64,000 bases of DNA, taken from Escherichia coli. Lineage in GTDB: Bacteria > Pseudomonadota > Gammaproteobacteria > Enterobacterales > Enterobacteriaceae. The notes beneath the pieces are model-generated. The model was given only the letters and a program-made list of their open reading frames with translations. It had not been told where the DNA came from and ran no database searches. The stretch lies in NCBI RefSeq assembly GCF_041248615.1, contig NZ_CP158425.1. One strand, given 5' to 3'. This document shows positions 38,606 through 48,392 of the stretch, piece after piece (position 1 is the first letter of the stretch; each line of letters starts with the position of its first letter). Both the position numbers and the translations under genes were made by a program.

Positions 38606-39406
38606 TTAATAATCCTTTAACATAACTTTATTTGTTAAAGTGTTGAACACATCCTGACGGTGACTGGTGAACATAGTGTCATAACGTAATAGTTCCATCA
38701 AATCATCACTAACTTTTCCTAACCGGATGTCAGCAGACAATTCATAAGCCCAGGCAAAAACTTTCGTTTTAAGTGAAACACTCTCTTCAATATGCCCTTG
38801 TGAGAAAGCAATTGTACGTGGGAAAAGAACGACATCGTTAATTGTTTTTAACGATGAATAACCAATGTCTTTAATAGCATCAGCTGTAGTTGGTTTTAAA
38901 CCAAAGAAAACACTTACAAACTCTGGTGCGAGCATTGAGATAAAGAACACCTGCATAAAGTAGTCATTCTGTATATCAACACATTTAGAACGCAACTCAT
39001 GAATCTTCTTGGGATTATAGATATCCACTGTACCATTCAGAAAAGTCACTTTTTCACCGGCATCGTAAATACCATAGTCAATATCATTTGTATCATATTC
39101 ACGAATTACATTGGAATCACCGTCCAAGACCGCAGAAAAAAACCTCTCCCATGTAATTTCCTTTCCGAGTGTACGCGGAACCAAAAAACTACCTGGACGT
39201 GTTTCCACTTCAAAAGCTAAATCAGCGGCTGTACTAAATCCTTTCCCAAATAGGCGACGCTGGAGAAGAGGAGTCCCAGTTTGATATGCAGAAGATCCAT
39301 GCACAGGCAATAACATTAAAAATGCACGGTAACTACGAATAAGCGAAATCTCAGTGCGGAAAAGTTTACCGAGTAAGCTACGAGTTAAATTATCAGATTC
39401 TGACAT
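38606..39406 (-). CDS. putative FlhD-like activator subunit (SetD/AcaD position) with about 140-aa N-terminal extension
   Basis: Stop codon lies 1 nt before the FlhC-like ATG. Residues about 145-210 (YFMQVFFISMLAPEFVSVFFGLKPTTADAIKDIGYSSLKTI) weakly resemble the FlhD helical core. The assignment rests mostly on synteny. Confidence 0.45.
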   Translation of the reverse strand: MSESDNLTRSLLGKLFRTEISLIRSYRAFLMLLPVHGSSAYQTGTPLLQRRLFGKGFSTAADLAFEVETRPGSFLVPRTLGKEITWERFFSAVLDGDSNVIREYDTNDIDYGIYDAGEKVTFLNGTVDIYNPKKIHELRSKCVDIQNDYFMQVFFISMLAPEFVSVFFGLKPTTADAIKDIGYSSLKTINDVVLFPRTIAFSQGHIEESVSLKTKVFAWAYELSADIRLGKVSDDLMELLRYDTMFTSHRQDVFNTLTNKVMLKDY

Positions 39407-39733
39407 GTGCTGATTGTCCTTGCGCCATTACAATTGTTCAAATCTTCAACATGGATTTTTTGTTAGGTGTTCGGTAGGGTGAAAAGTAACTTTTAGTATT
39501 TTCTTAAGGCTTGAATAAGCCTTAAATCTATCCCTTCAACCACACCGCTTACTTGTAACACTTTTTAACCAAACTGACCAGAATTTTATCAAAATTTCTT
39601 CGCATGCTAACGAAATGTGAAGCGATTAAAAAAAAACCTAAATCCAGCCCCTCCCAACGTTGGATTAGAATAACGACGTCTTTCACTGACCGTCATAAAC
39701 TGACATTTTTACTTTTCATCAACCTCATGCTTA

Positions 39734-39897
39734 CATAGGATCACTAAACAAAGAAAAGTGACCCTATGAATGCCTCACATAGGGTCACTTATGTTTGAAA
39801 AGTGACCCTATGTAATGTCGTCATAGGGTCACTTTTTATAAAAGTGTCACTATGGACAAAGTTCCATAGGGTCATTTTTTTTGGAAAAGTGGCACTA
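39734..39897. repeat. array of eight alternating half-sites (AAAAGTGACCCTATG / CATAGGGTCACTTTT) forming three tandem 35-46-bp hairpin-capable dyads
   Basis: Half-sites at 39734-39746(r), 39754-39768, 39778-39790(r), 39797-39812, 39822-39836(r), 39840-39855, 39864-39877(r) and 39884-39897. Read directly from the sequence. Confidence 0.9.
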
Positions 39898-40164
39898 GAT
39901 ATATGTATAACTTTAATAGAGCAATGCACATTATCAAAAGCAATAATCCACAATGGTCATTCCCTCAAAAGTAACTTTAGAGGGTAGCGATGGAAGTGAG
40001 GCTAAACTCGCTGTTACTGTTTCTGAAGGCCCCTCCCGAATGGGGGAAACAGCGAGTGCATTACATCTGTTCAATTCCCTCATCAAAGAGCATTCAAAAA
40101 TCTTCTGTTCGTGAAAAAAAACGGAAATTTCCTCCGGTATAGTAATTTCACATCAGGAGGCGTC

Positions 40165-40650
40165 ATGAGTAATTCGAATCTTATAAGTTCTATAGAGCTA
40201 ACACGTAAAAATTTACGTGCTCAGATTGAAGGTTTGCGTGTTGAGGCTGAAGATCTCATTACAAAATACTGGATCAAGTGGAAGGAACGAAACCACCAAG
40301 AGATTAACCTTACCCGACATAGCAAAGTTCCAAAGAGGGAGTATCTGGGTTCTTACGCACCAAAAGTTGAGCTAATTGGTAATGCCAGAAAAGTAACGAT
40401 CACTTGGCATCAGTTCAGCCCTTATAAAACAAGAGCGCCTAGTCACATGTCAAAACGGGTGCAACCAATGAAAAGTGGAAAATATTCTAAGAACTGTTTT
40501 GTAAACCATGCCAGCTGGGAATACGAAATGATTTCTGAAACGGAAGCATTGCTGGAGCCTTACAGAGAAATGCTTGAGCTCTATCATTCAGCATATATCG
40601 AACTTGGACGAAAAATCCGTCAATACTCAAAAACTAAGGTGGCACAATGA
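40165..40650 (+). CDS. hypothetical protein, first gene of the relaxase operon (possible MobI-like oriT accessory factor)
   Basis: AGGAGG RBS 5 nt before the ATG at 40165 (161 aa). The MobI analogy rests only on position, next to a repeat-rich region and traI. Confidence 0.5.
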   Translation: MSNSNLISSIELTRKNLRAQIEGLRVEAEDLITKYWIKWKERNHQEINLTRHSKVPKREYLGSYAPKVELIGNARKVTITWHQFSPYKTRAPSHMSKRVQPMKSGKYSKNCFVNHASWEYEMISETEALLEPYREMLELYHSAYIELGRKIRQYSKTKVAQ

Positions 40651-41384
40651 CCGACGCAATTATCACGGACAATGAGCGTATTAACATTGAACCAAAAGAT
40701 GTAATGGTAAAAGGTTCAAATAAAAAGCAAGGCGTAAACGCTCAAACTTCTACTCAACGTAGACCAGAGCACCAGGGTATGGCCAAAGTTATTATTAACC
40801 CCGGCACCCCAGATTTTAACCGGTTTTTAACTGCCAGAAATGGAGCAGTCATCAGAGGTTTTGATGATGTGAGTATCGCTATTTCCTCTCTCTTTAAAAC
40901 GGTTGATGCAGTTAAACATCCTGACCTTGTTCAGGCTATTCAGGATTGGTTCAACGAGCTGCATGAAGAAAACAATAAGATGAAAGAAAATCTTGTTGCT
41001 TATATTAAGTCAATTGAGTTCGACAAGAATGACTCATTCATGTCATCAACTCAGTTTGTACCTTTCAGTTTTGAACCAGTACAACTCAACTTCAATAACC
41101 ACAACACCATGAGGTTTTACAAGTACATCTTCGAGATGAACCAGCTCATGAACACAATGTATGAGTACAACTCATTGGGTTTACTGGCTGTAAGCGACTA
41201 TCCGGTTATGTCTCACAACATTATAAAGAGTATTAATTTATATGTTGAGAATGTGAAAAAGACTCTGAATGTTTCTCGCCGTAAGGATGGGCCATACAGT
41301 CCAGCAGAGTTCATCACCAAAGTAATGCAATATAAAAGTGTGCAGGCATACATTGCAGCCGAACTGTCAGGCAAACGTCGATAA
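40647..41384 (+). CDS. hypothetical protein (translationally coupled, ATGA overlap)
   Basis: 245-aa ORF between orf161 and traI. Confidence 0.55.
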   Translation: MTDAIITDNERINIEPKDVMVKGSNKKQGVNAQTSTQRRPEHQGMAKVIINPGTPDFNRFLTARNGAVIRGFDDVSIAISSLFKTVDAVKHPDLVQAIQDWFNELHEENNKMKENLVAYIKSIEFDKNDSFMSSTQFVPFSFEPVQLNFNNHNTMRFYKYIFEMNQLMNTMYEYNSLGLLAVSDYPVMSHNIIKSINLYVENVKKTLNVSRRKDGPYSPAEFITKVMQYKSVQAYIAAELSGKRR

Positions 41385-41387
41385 GGT

Positions 41388-44300
41388 ATGATGATGAATT
41401 TCAGGGCGCTGTATTTATGTATTAAACGGATTTTGGGGATATTCTCATCTCAGGAGAATGATGCAACCTCTGTAATGATTGAGGATATATCAAGCCTCTC
41501 TCCTTTTGCGCAGATTCTAGGAGATCAGAAGTACACTGTTCCTGATCATCCAAATCCAGAAGTCCTGAAATTCATCGAGTATCCAACTCGTCCGACGGGC
41601 ATACAGACATTTAATGAACAGTCAATCCTGTCTCTGTATCGGGAAAAGCTGCACTCAATTTCAATGATGTTAGCTATCAGCGATAGCGACATCAGGGACG
41701 ATGCATATACATTTACTAATTTAGTATTAAAGCCCTTGGTTGAATATGTTCGCTGGATACATCTTTTGCCAGCTTCCGAAAATCATCATCATAATGGTAT
41801 TGGTGGGTTACTTTCTCACAGCCTGGAAGTGGCCATACTCTCTTTAAAAAATGCGCATCACTCAGAACTGAGACCAATCGGATATCAAGATGAAGAAGTA
41901 GTCCGTAGAAAAGTATATCTCTATGCTGCGTTTATCTGTGGTTTAGTCCATGATGCCGGAAAGGTTTACGATCTCGATATTGTAAGCCTGAATTTAGCTA
42001 GTCCGATCATTTGGACGCCAAGCTCACAAAGTCTTCTTGACTGGGCACGTGAAAATGACGTGGTTGAATACGAAATCCACTGGCGAAAGCGTATTCATAA
42101 TCAACATAATATCTGGTCCAGCGTTTTCCTTGAGCGAATCCTAAACCCGGTATGTCTTGCATTTTTGGATCGGGTAAATAAAGAACGTGTTTATTCAAAA
42201 ATGATCACCGCCCTAAACGTTTATACTGATGGGAATGACTTTTTGTCTAAATGCGTGAGGACCGCTGATTTCTATTCTACTGGTACAGACCTTAATGTTT
42301 TACGTGACCCTATCATGGGTCTGCGTTCTAATGATGCAGCAGCAAGGGCCATTAGTACCATCAAGCACAACTTTACCAGTATCAATATCAACAATTACAA
42401 TGCTAAGCCTATGCACATCATTATCGTAAATGGTGAGGTATACCTTAACGAGAACGCATTCCTTGATTTTGTTCTCAATGATTTCGAATTACATAAATAT
42501 AACTTCCCTCAGGGAGAGGCTGGTAAGACGGTATTGGTAGAATCCCTAGTTCAACGTGGTTACGTCGAGCCCTATGATGATGAGCGTGTCGTTCACTACT
42601 TCATTCCGGGTATCTATTCGGAAAACGAAATATCAAACATCTTTAGAAATGGGATAGGGAAACTAGAATTCTATAACCTTCTTAAGCTAAGGTGGATTGG
42701 TTTAATCTTTGATTCCTATAAAATCCCTGACTCAGTGCCGGGTCTTTTTAGCGTTAATGCCAATAAAGACTTTATTTACATTGACGAGCAAAAAACAGTT
42801 ACTGAATACAGAAGACCAGTGCCCGGTCGGGACGCTATAACTAAAATTACTGATACTGTTGAGACGGCTGTTCTTAAGGTTAATGATTTAGGCCGCTCCA
42901 CTGCCTCTATTGATGTTGATATACATTCTAAGAAAAATGAAGGCTCATCCGACGATTTTGAGAAGAAAGCCGAAAGTGATAATGAAATTGATAATGACAC
43001 GCAGATAGTTAAATCTGAGGGTGAGGAAGCAGCTGATCCTGTCATTCCTGATATAGAAGAAAGTGAAGATGAATCGGCAAAGGACACGGAATCCCATGTC
43101 CTGGTCAACCAACTTCATGAACTCCTTTTAAGCGCTCCACTTTCCAATGACTATATAGTGTGTGTAGATGCTGTCCCCTACCTCAACATAGATGCCACTA
43201 TGGCATTGCTGCCGGGATTAGATGAAAAAGCATTTAGTGAAGAGCCCTATTTCCAACTGACATTCAGAGAAGGCTCTCTCGATGGAATGTGGATAGTAAG
43301 GGACATTGACGATCTGCGTTTAGTCCAGCTCGGCGATAACTGCGCCGGGTTCCAGCTCACCTATCATGAGCCAAGAAGGCCAACAACTTTAAAGTCACTT
43401 TTCAATACTTCTATGTATCAGGCATTAGTGATTAATGATGAGTCTTCTGTTGAAAACTCTGCCCCACGTCCAAAGCAAACGCTTGAGCTGCCTCCCCCAC
43501 GTGTAAATGCACTCGAAGAACATTCTGGCGACGTGGAATATCATGGAACCGATAGTGCATCCGCGACTGGTCCGCTGAAAACTGAGGCTGTGGAATATGA
43601 ACATTATCAACATCTTTTTGAGGAAGAAGATGAAGAGCATGAGATCATTGATTATACCGATTTCACACAGCTTAGTGTTTCTCGGCCAGAAGTCGGTAGT
43701 TGTGCAACAAGCTCTTCGGTCCATAATGAAAAGCTTCTCCCCGAGCCGTCAGAATTACCAGAACTTAACCGAGAACAGAACGCTGATCCCCAGGGTACGA
43801 TTGAACGCTCTATGGATGTTTCTGTAGGACAAGAAAACTCAGAACCAGATACTGAGGGTAACTGCCCACCACCAGCTGAAGTTGTGTATTCCCAGACCGA
43901 AGCAGCCGCAACCAGTGTGATGGCAAGTGAAGAGCCCGCCTTACCTCCTGTACTTGAAGAATCAAATGGAGAGCATGCGCCCACAGACGCTAAGGGGCAT
44001 CATCTTTCGCCAGCACTGGCCAGACTGTTCGCCCCAACAGCACCGGTAGAAAAACAAAATCCCAAGCGCAACCGGAATAAATCATCGGACAAAGCAGAAG
44101 TACAAAAACCAGCATCACCTGTTTCTGGTCACAATCTGAACAGTAAAGTCTTTGCAACTACTGAATCAGACCAAAATGGTGAATTCTCGCTTATAAGCGA
44201 AGGTGACGTTACAGAGCTTGAATTTGTAGAAATTGCGTCAGTACTGCATCAAATTCTGTCCAAAATGGAGGTGGCGTTTAAAAGAAAGCGCAAAAACAGA

Positions 44301-44540
44301 TTTATGGTAAGTACTCCTAATACTCTCTATCTGACCCAATCTTGCGTGGAAAAATTTGGGTCGCAGTTAGAGGCTCAAGATCTTTTCAATAAGCTTCCTC
44401 AGTACCTCGTTAATTCTGGTGCTGTGATCAATACAAAATGCCATGCATTTAACATGCCTACTTTGCTGGCCGCATCAGACCGGGCGAAAGTGGACATTGA
44501 ACGAATTATCAATAACCTGAAAGAGGCTGGGAACCTATAA
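41388..44540 (+). CDS. traI: MOBH-family relaxase TraI (HD-domain type)
   Basis: 1050 aa. HD-domain signature ...HNGIGGLLSHSLEVAI...GLVHDAGKVYD is typical of SXT/R391/IncC/IncHI TraI. Acidic low-complexity C-terminal half. Confidence 0.85.
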   Translation: MMMNFRALYLCIKRILGIFSSQENDATSVMIEDISSLSPFAQILGDQKYTVPDHPNPEVLKFIEYPTRPTGIQTFNEQSILSLYREKLHSISMMLAISDSDIRDDAYTFTNLVLKPLVEYVRWIHLLPASENHHHNGIGGLLSHSLEVAILSLKNAHHSELRPIGYQDEEVVRRKVYLYAAFICGLVHDAGKVYDLDIVSLNLASPIIWTPSSQSLLDWARENDVVEYEIHWRKRIHNQHNIWSSVFLERILNPVCLAFLDRVNKERVYSKMITALNVYTDGNDFLSKCVRTADFYSTGTDLNVLRDPIMGLRSNDAAARAISTIKHNFTSININNYNAKPMHIIIVNGEVYLNENAFLDFVLNDFELHKYNFPQGEAGKTVLVESLVQRGYVEPYDDERVVHYFIPGIYSENEISNIFRNGIGKLEFYNLLKLRWIGLIFDSYKIPDSVPGLFSVNANKDFIYIDEQKTVTEYRRPVPGRDAITKITDTVETAVLKVNDLGRSTASIDVDIHSKKNEGSSDDFEKKAESDNEIDNDTQIVKSEGEEAADPVIPDIEESEDESAKDTESHVLVNQLHELLLSAPLSNDYIVCVDAVPYLNIDATMALLPGLDEKAFSEEPYFQLTFREGSLDGMWIVRDIDDLRLVQLGDNCAGFQLTYHEPRRPTTLKSLFNTSMYQALVINDESSVENSAPRPKQTLELPPPRVNALEEHSGDVEYHGTDSASATGPLKTEAVEYEHYQHLFEEEDEEHEIIDYTDFTQLSVSRPEVGSCATSSSVHNEKLLPEPSELPELNREQNADPQGTIERSMDVSVGQENSEPDTEGNCPPPAEVVYSQTEAAATSVMASEEPALPPVLEESNGEHAPTDAKGHHLSPALARLFAPTAPVEKQNPKRNRNKSSDKAEVQKPASPVSGHNLNSKVFATTESDQNGEFSLISEGDVTELEFVEIASVLHQILSKMEVAFKRKRKNRFMVSTPNTLYLTQSCVEKFGSQLEAQDLFNKLPQYLVNSGAVINTKCHAFNMPTLLAASDRAKVDIERIINNLKEAGNL

Positions 44541-46624
44541 TGTCAGATTCGAAGAGGACTAACCTCCATGCACAAGAGAATTTTTATCGGCCTATTCTTG
44601 AGTATCGTAGTGCCTCAATACTTTTGATTTGTTCGGTTTCTATGCTTTATATGGGACTTTCTTCAGACGGACTGGACATCGCCCCAATAGTTCTGTTCAC
44701 CTCAATATTGCTTTTTTTGCTGTGCCTTTATCGTTGCAAAACAGCAGCGCCATTCTTGATGGCTCATTGGCGTGTATTCAAGCGACATTTCATGTTCGTT
44801 AGTCTTGATTCACTGCGTGTAATTAACAAAAGTAACTTTTTCTCCAATGAGCGAAAGTATCGTCAACTGGTTCAGGATTATCAAAATAAAAATAAGGATA
44901 TACCCGAGCGAAAGTCCTATTTTTGTGATGGGTTTGAGTGGGGCCCGGAACATGCGGATCGGGCATATCAAATAGCTAACCTCTCCAGTGATAAACGTGA
45001 GATCGAGTTGCCATTCGTCTTCAACCCAATTAAGAGACATTTTGACGCAATGGCTCGTAAGATGGGCGGCAGCAATGCAATTTTTGCTGTGGAACGTAGG
45101 GAACCCATATTTGTAACTGAAGACAATTGGTTTGGTCATACTCTGATAACCGGAAACGTGGGTACCGGGAAAACGGTGCTACAGCGTTTACTAAGCATTA
45201 GCATGCTTCATCTTGGTCATGTTGTTGTTGTCATAGATCCAAAGAACGATGCAGAGTGGCGAGAATCTCTAATGGAAGAGGCTAAGACCCTCGGTCTTCC
45301 TTTCTATAAATTTCATCCTGGCCAGCCAGCATCTTCGGTCTGTATTGATGTCTGCAACACCTATACTAATGTTTCTGACCTAACATCTCGTCTTTTGAGC
45401 TTGGTGACAGTTCCCGGTGAGGTTAACCCATTCGTTCAGTATGCCAAGGCTCTCGTTTCCAATGTGATTTCCGGGCTTTCTTACATAGAGAAAAAGCCTT
45501 CTATTTATCTGATTCACAAGAACATGAAAAGCCACATGTCTATTGTGAATCTTACAGTCAAGGTAATGGAGTCATGTTACGCGAGATATTATGGTTACGA
45601 TGTCTGGACCGAAAAAGTTAAGTACGTCGCTAACGAAACCTTGCCGGTACGTTTCAAGCGTCTCGCTGAATGGTTTACGGCTCATTTCATGAATTACGAG
45701 GGGTCCGAACAAATAGACTGGTTAGATACTGTTTCCCAGCTTATTGATTACTCAATGTCCGACCCAGAGCATATGGCTAAAATGACCGCAGGTATTATGC
45801 CTGTTTTCGATATGCTCATTGAAAAACCTTTAAATGAGCTTTTATCTCCTAACCCGAACTCAGTATCATCAAGAGAAATTGTAACAAGCGAAGGGATGTT
45901 CAGCACTGGCGGGGTGCTATACATTTCGCTTGATGGCCTTTCAAACCCCGATACAGCAGCTGCTATTTCTCAATTAATAATGTCAGATCTGACCTCCTGT
46001 GCCGGTAGTCGCTACAACGCTCAGGATGGTGATATGTCAGCTAATTCCAGGATAAGTATTTTTGTTGATGAGGCACACTCAGCCATTAACAACCCTATGA
46101 TTAACCTTCTGGCGCAGGGTCGTGCAGCGAAAATTGCACTGTTTATTTGCACCCAAACCATCTCCGACTTTATTGCTGCGGCAAGTGTTGAAACTGCCAA
46201 TCGAATTACGGGGCTCTGCAACAATTATATAAGCTTGCGAGTCAACGATACTCCTACTCAGACGCTTGTTGTAGAGAACTTTGGTAAGAGTGCGATAAGC
46301 ACAAATATGGTCACTTATACGACCGGTTCAGAAACATCTTTGCCGCATAATAACTTCTCAGGTTCAATCTCAGAAAGAAAGCAGACAACTTTAGAAGAGA
46401 GTATTCCAAAGGATCTCTTGGGTCAGGTCCCTATGTTTCACATAGTTGCCAGGCTTCAAGATGGCAGGAAGGTTGTAGGCCAAATCCCTATTGCTGTTGC
46501 TGAGAAACAAATGAAGCCAAACACAACTCTGTCGGAAATGCTTTTCAAGAAGGCCGGAAAAGTTACTTTGCGTCAAAATCTCGATATCAAAAATCTTAAT
46601 AAATTTCTAAGGAAGTTGCATTGA
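44540..46624 (+). CDS. traD: type IV coupling protein TraD
   Basis: 694 aa. N-terminal TM segments, Walker A GNVGTGKT and Walker B-like ISIFVDEAH. ATG overlaps the traI stop by 1 nt. Confidence 0.85.
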   Translation: MSDSKRTNLHAQENFYRPILEYRSASILLICSVSMLYMGLSSDGLDIAPIVLFTSILLFLLCLYRCKTAAPFLMAHWRVFKRHFMFVSLDSLRVINKSNFFSNERKYRQLVQDYQNKNKDIPERKSYFCDGFEWGPEHADRAYQIANLSSDKREIELPFVFNPIKRHFDAMARKMGGSNAIFAVERREPIFVTEDNWFGHTLITGNVGTGKTVLQRLLSISMLHLGHVVVVIDPKNDAEWRESLMEEAKTLGLPFYKFHPGQPASSVCIDVCNTYTNVSDLTSRLLSLVTVPGEVNPFVQYAKALVSNVISGLSYIEKKPSIYLIHKNMKSHMSIVNLTVKVMESCYARYYGYDVWTEKVKYVANETLPVRFKRLAEWFTAHFMNYEGSEQIDWLDTVSQLIDYSMSDPEHMAKMTAGIMPVFDMLIEKPLNELLSPNPNSVSSREIVTSEGMFSTGGVLYISLDGLSNPDTAAAISQLIMSDLTSCAGSRYNAQDGDMSANSRISIFVDEAHSAINNPMINLLAQGRAAKIALFICTQTISDFIAAASVETANRITGLCNNYISLRVNDTPTQTLVVENFGKSAISTNMVTYTTGSETSLPHNNFSGSISERKQTTLEESIPKDLLGQVPMFHIVARLQDGRKVVGQIPIAVAEKQMKPNTTLSEMLFKKAGKVTLRQNLDIKNLNKFLRKLH

Positions 46625-47733
46625 TGGATGAAAAAATTGTCCTGACGCGCCAGCAAATTTTAAGCTCTGCACTAAAAGTCAGCAAATGTCGCTCGCTCGT
46701 AAAAAGGCGCTTTCAGTCTTTGGGTTTAAAGTACGCAGATTCTCAGGAAGTTCGAGATCGGCTAACTAAGATAGAAAAAAACGCGTTTCATCATTTGGGA
46801 AAATTTTGTCAGAGCAACGATATCGATTCCCTATTCTCCATGGCAAATACCCTGTCTGAGCTTTTCCTTTTAAAGGGAGAGTTGATCACGACTGATCCCT
46901 TTGGGGACCGTGAAACCAGCTACTGGTCGGTACCACAAGGTTCATGCCATGAATGGATTCAATCGCTGACCACCAGCGAAGGTCCTGAACGTAAATTCGT
47001 TAGTTTCCGTATTTCTTTCGATAACAATGACGAACGGTGTGATCTTGTAAAGAAGAATGCCCGTATGCTTGGTTGTTATCTTTTGCCTTATTTCGTCGAT
47101 TTGACACGCACGGTGGGCGCATTCATTAATTTGCCAGGTAGTGTCTCTTTTAAACAAGTACAGCGCATCAAACCCCAGATTCATCCAGAAACAACACATA
47201 GTCATATAGTTACTATTGAGGACTCTCCCTTTCTTTCTCGGTTAAAATTTAAAATCATTACTGCCATAGATCGGCTTCCTGACCCTAATGGCCTTTATAC
47301 AAACACCTTTAACAGCATTATTGACCGTGCACTGCTGACTCATCTCAAAACCGAACAGGAAAAAATAGATAGTCCAAGAGTCTGCAAAAATGTGATTTCG
47401 GCTTTTGCCGACTCAACTCTTTCTCTGCCGGTGTTTAACATCGGCCTAAACGAGCAGTACAGATACTGGACGCCGTGGGGCATCAACTTTATAGAATTTT
47501 CCCGCCAGGCCGCAAAAGCAAGGACCGCTGTATTTGTTCCTGATGTGGGACAGATCGAGTGGAAAAGCGCAGAGCATAAAGAACTGGCGGAGTTAAGCCT
47601 CATCGACCAAATCATACCTAAACAGTACCACTGGCTCCTGGGTATCCCGACGATGTGGCGTAACAACTATTGCAATCACGATCAGAGGCTAGCTCTTTTT
47701 CGTGAATGGAGGGAAAGCAATGGCTGCGGATAA
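46624..47733 (+). CDS. hypothetical protein (position of s043-type gene after traD)
   Basis: ATG overlaps the traD TGA by 1 nt. 369 aa, no recognised motif. Confidence 0.55.
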   Translation: MDEKIVLTRQQILSSALKVSKCRSLVKRRFQSLGLKYADSQEVRDRLTKIEKNAFHHLGKFCQSNDIDSLFSMANTLSELFLLKGELITTDPFGDRETSYWSVPQGSCHEWIQSLTTSEGPERKFVSFRISFDNNDERCDLVKKNARMLGCYLLPYFVDLTRTVGAFINLPGSVSFKQVQRIKPQIHPETTHSHIVTIEDSPFLSRLKFKIITAIDRLPDPNGLYTNTFNSIIDRALLTHLKTEQEKIDSPRVCKNVISAFADSTLSLPVFNIGLNEQYRYWTPWGINFIEFSRQAAKARTAVFVPDVGQIEWKSAEHKELAELSLIDQIIPKQYHWLLGIPTMWRNNYCNHDQRLALFREWRESNGCG

Positions 47734-48382
47734 TACAAGCAGAGCAGCAGTGCTCAGAACAATGCTTTTTTTTGGCATGGTCATTTATTTTGGTTACAGC
47801 CTGGCTTTCCAGAATACTGAGGAGCTCAAATATCAGATTACTCAGGAGGTTAATGCAAGCCGGTCCATCATATCAAATGACCGTTGGAAGTCTGTTATTG
47901 CAAATAGTGAAGCGACTTTAAATTGGTTGGTACATGACTATAAGTTAATTGACTATCTGAATACTATTCTGATCCCTGACACCAAAAAACCAGCCAGAGG
48001 TATTAACATTGTTGCTGAAAAATTTACCTCTATTAATTACACTATGGCCAAAAACATACCCCTCTTACTTTATCAGTCCATTTTCCGGTGGAACTTAATC
48101 CTGGGGTGGCTAATCGTTTTTCTGCCCTATCTATTTGCCATGCTAGCAGATGGAATGTACCAGTGGAAATTGAAGAGGTACGTATTTGGTAAGGTTACAG
48201 TTCAGTTTTATCGTATTTGGTTTCGAGCATTTTGGGTGATCAGTGCTTTAACGATGGTCTACCTGGTCATGCCGAATATGTCACTATTTAACAATATCGC
48301 TCAACTTTTCCCACCAGTCGCTTTATTGATACTGGGAATTGCATTGAATCGCTTGTGGTCTAACTTTCAAAAACTCATGTAA
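47720..48382 (+). CDS. polytopic membrane protein in the traJ position of SXT/IncC-type operons
   Basis: GGAGGG RBS before the ATG at 47720. Four to five hydrophobic segments. Confidence 0.5.
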   Translation: MAADNTSRAAVLRTMLFFGMVIYFGYSLAFQNTEELKYQITQEVNASRSIISNDRWKSVIANSEATLNWLVHDYKLIDYLNTILIPDTKKPARGINIVAEKFTSINYTMAKNIPLLLYQSIFRWNLILGWLIVFLPYLFAMLADGMYQWKLKRYVFGKVTVQFYRIWFRAFWVISALTMVYLVMPNMSLFNNIAQLFPPVALLILGIALNRLWSNFQKLM

Positions 48383-48392
48383 AGGTGGTCAG

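Noticed and set aside
39734-39897. Possible CRISPR array
   Set aside because: The repeats alternate in orientation, are only 13-16 bp long and have 3-9-bp spacers. No cas genes are present. The architecture is that of protein-binding dyads, not CRISPR.
36423-46569. Intragenic dyad copies explained merely by codon usage (K-K-L-L, K-V-T-L)
   Set aside because: I considered this. Four coding occurrences of a 10-specified-base palindrome are still far above expectation, and they have the same form as the intergenic copies. I therefore kept them within the motif finding and flagged them as possibly lower-affinity or incidental.
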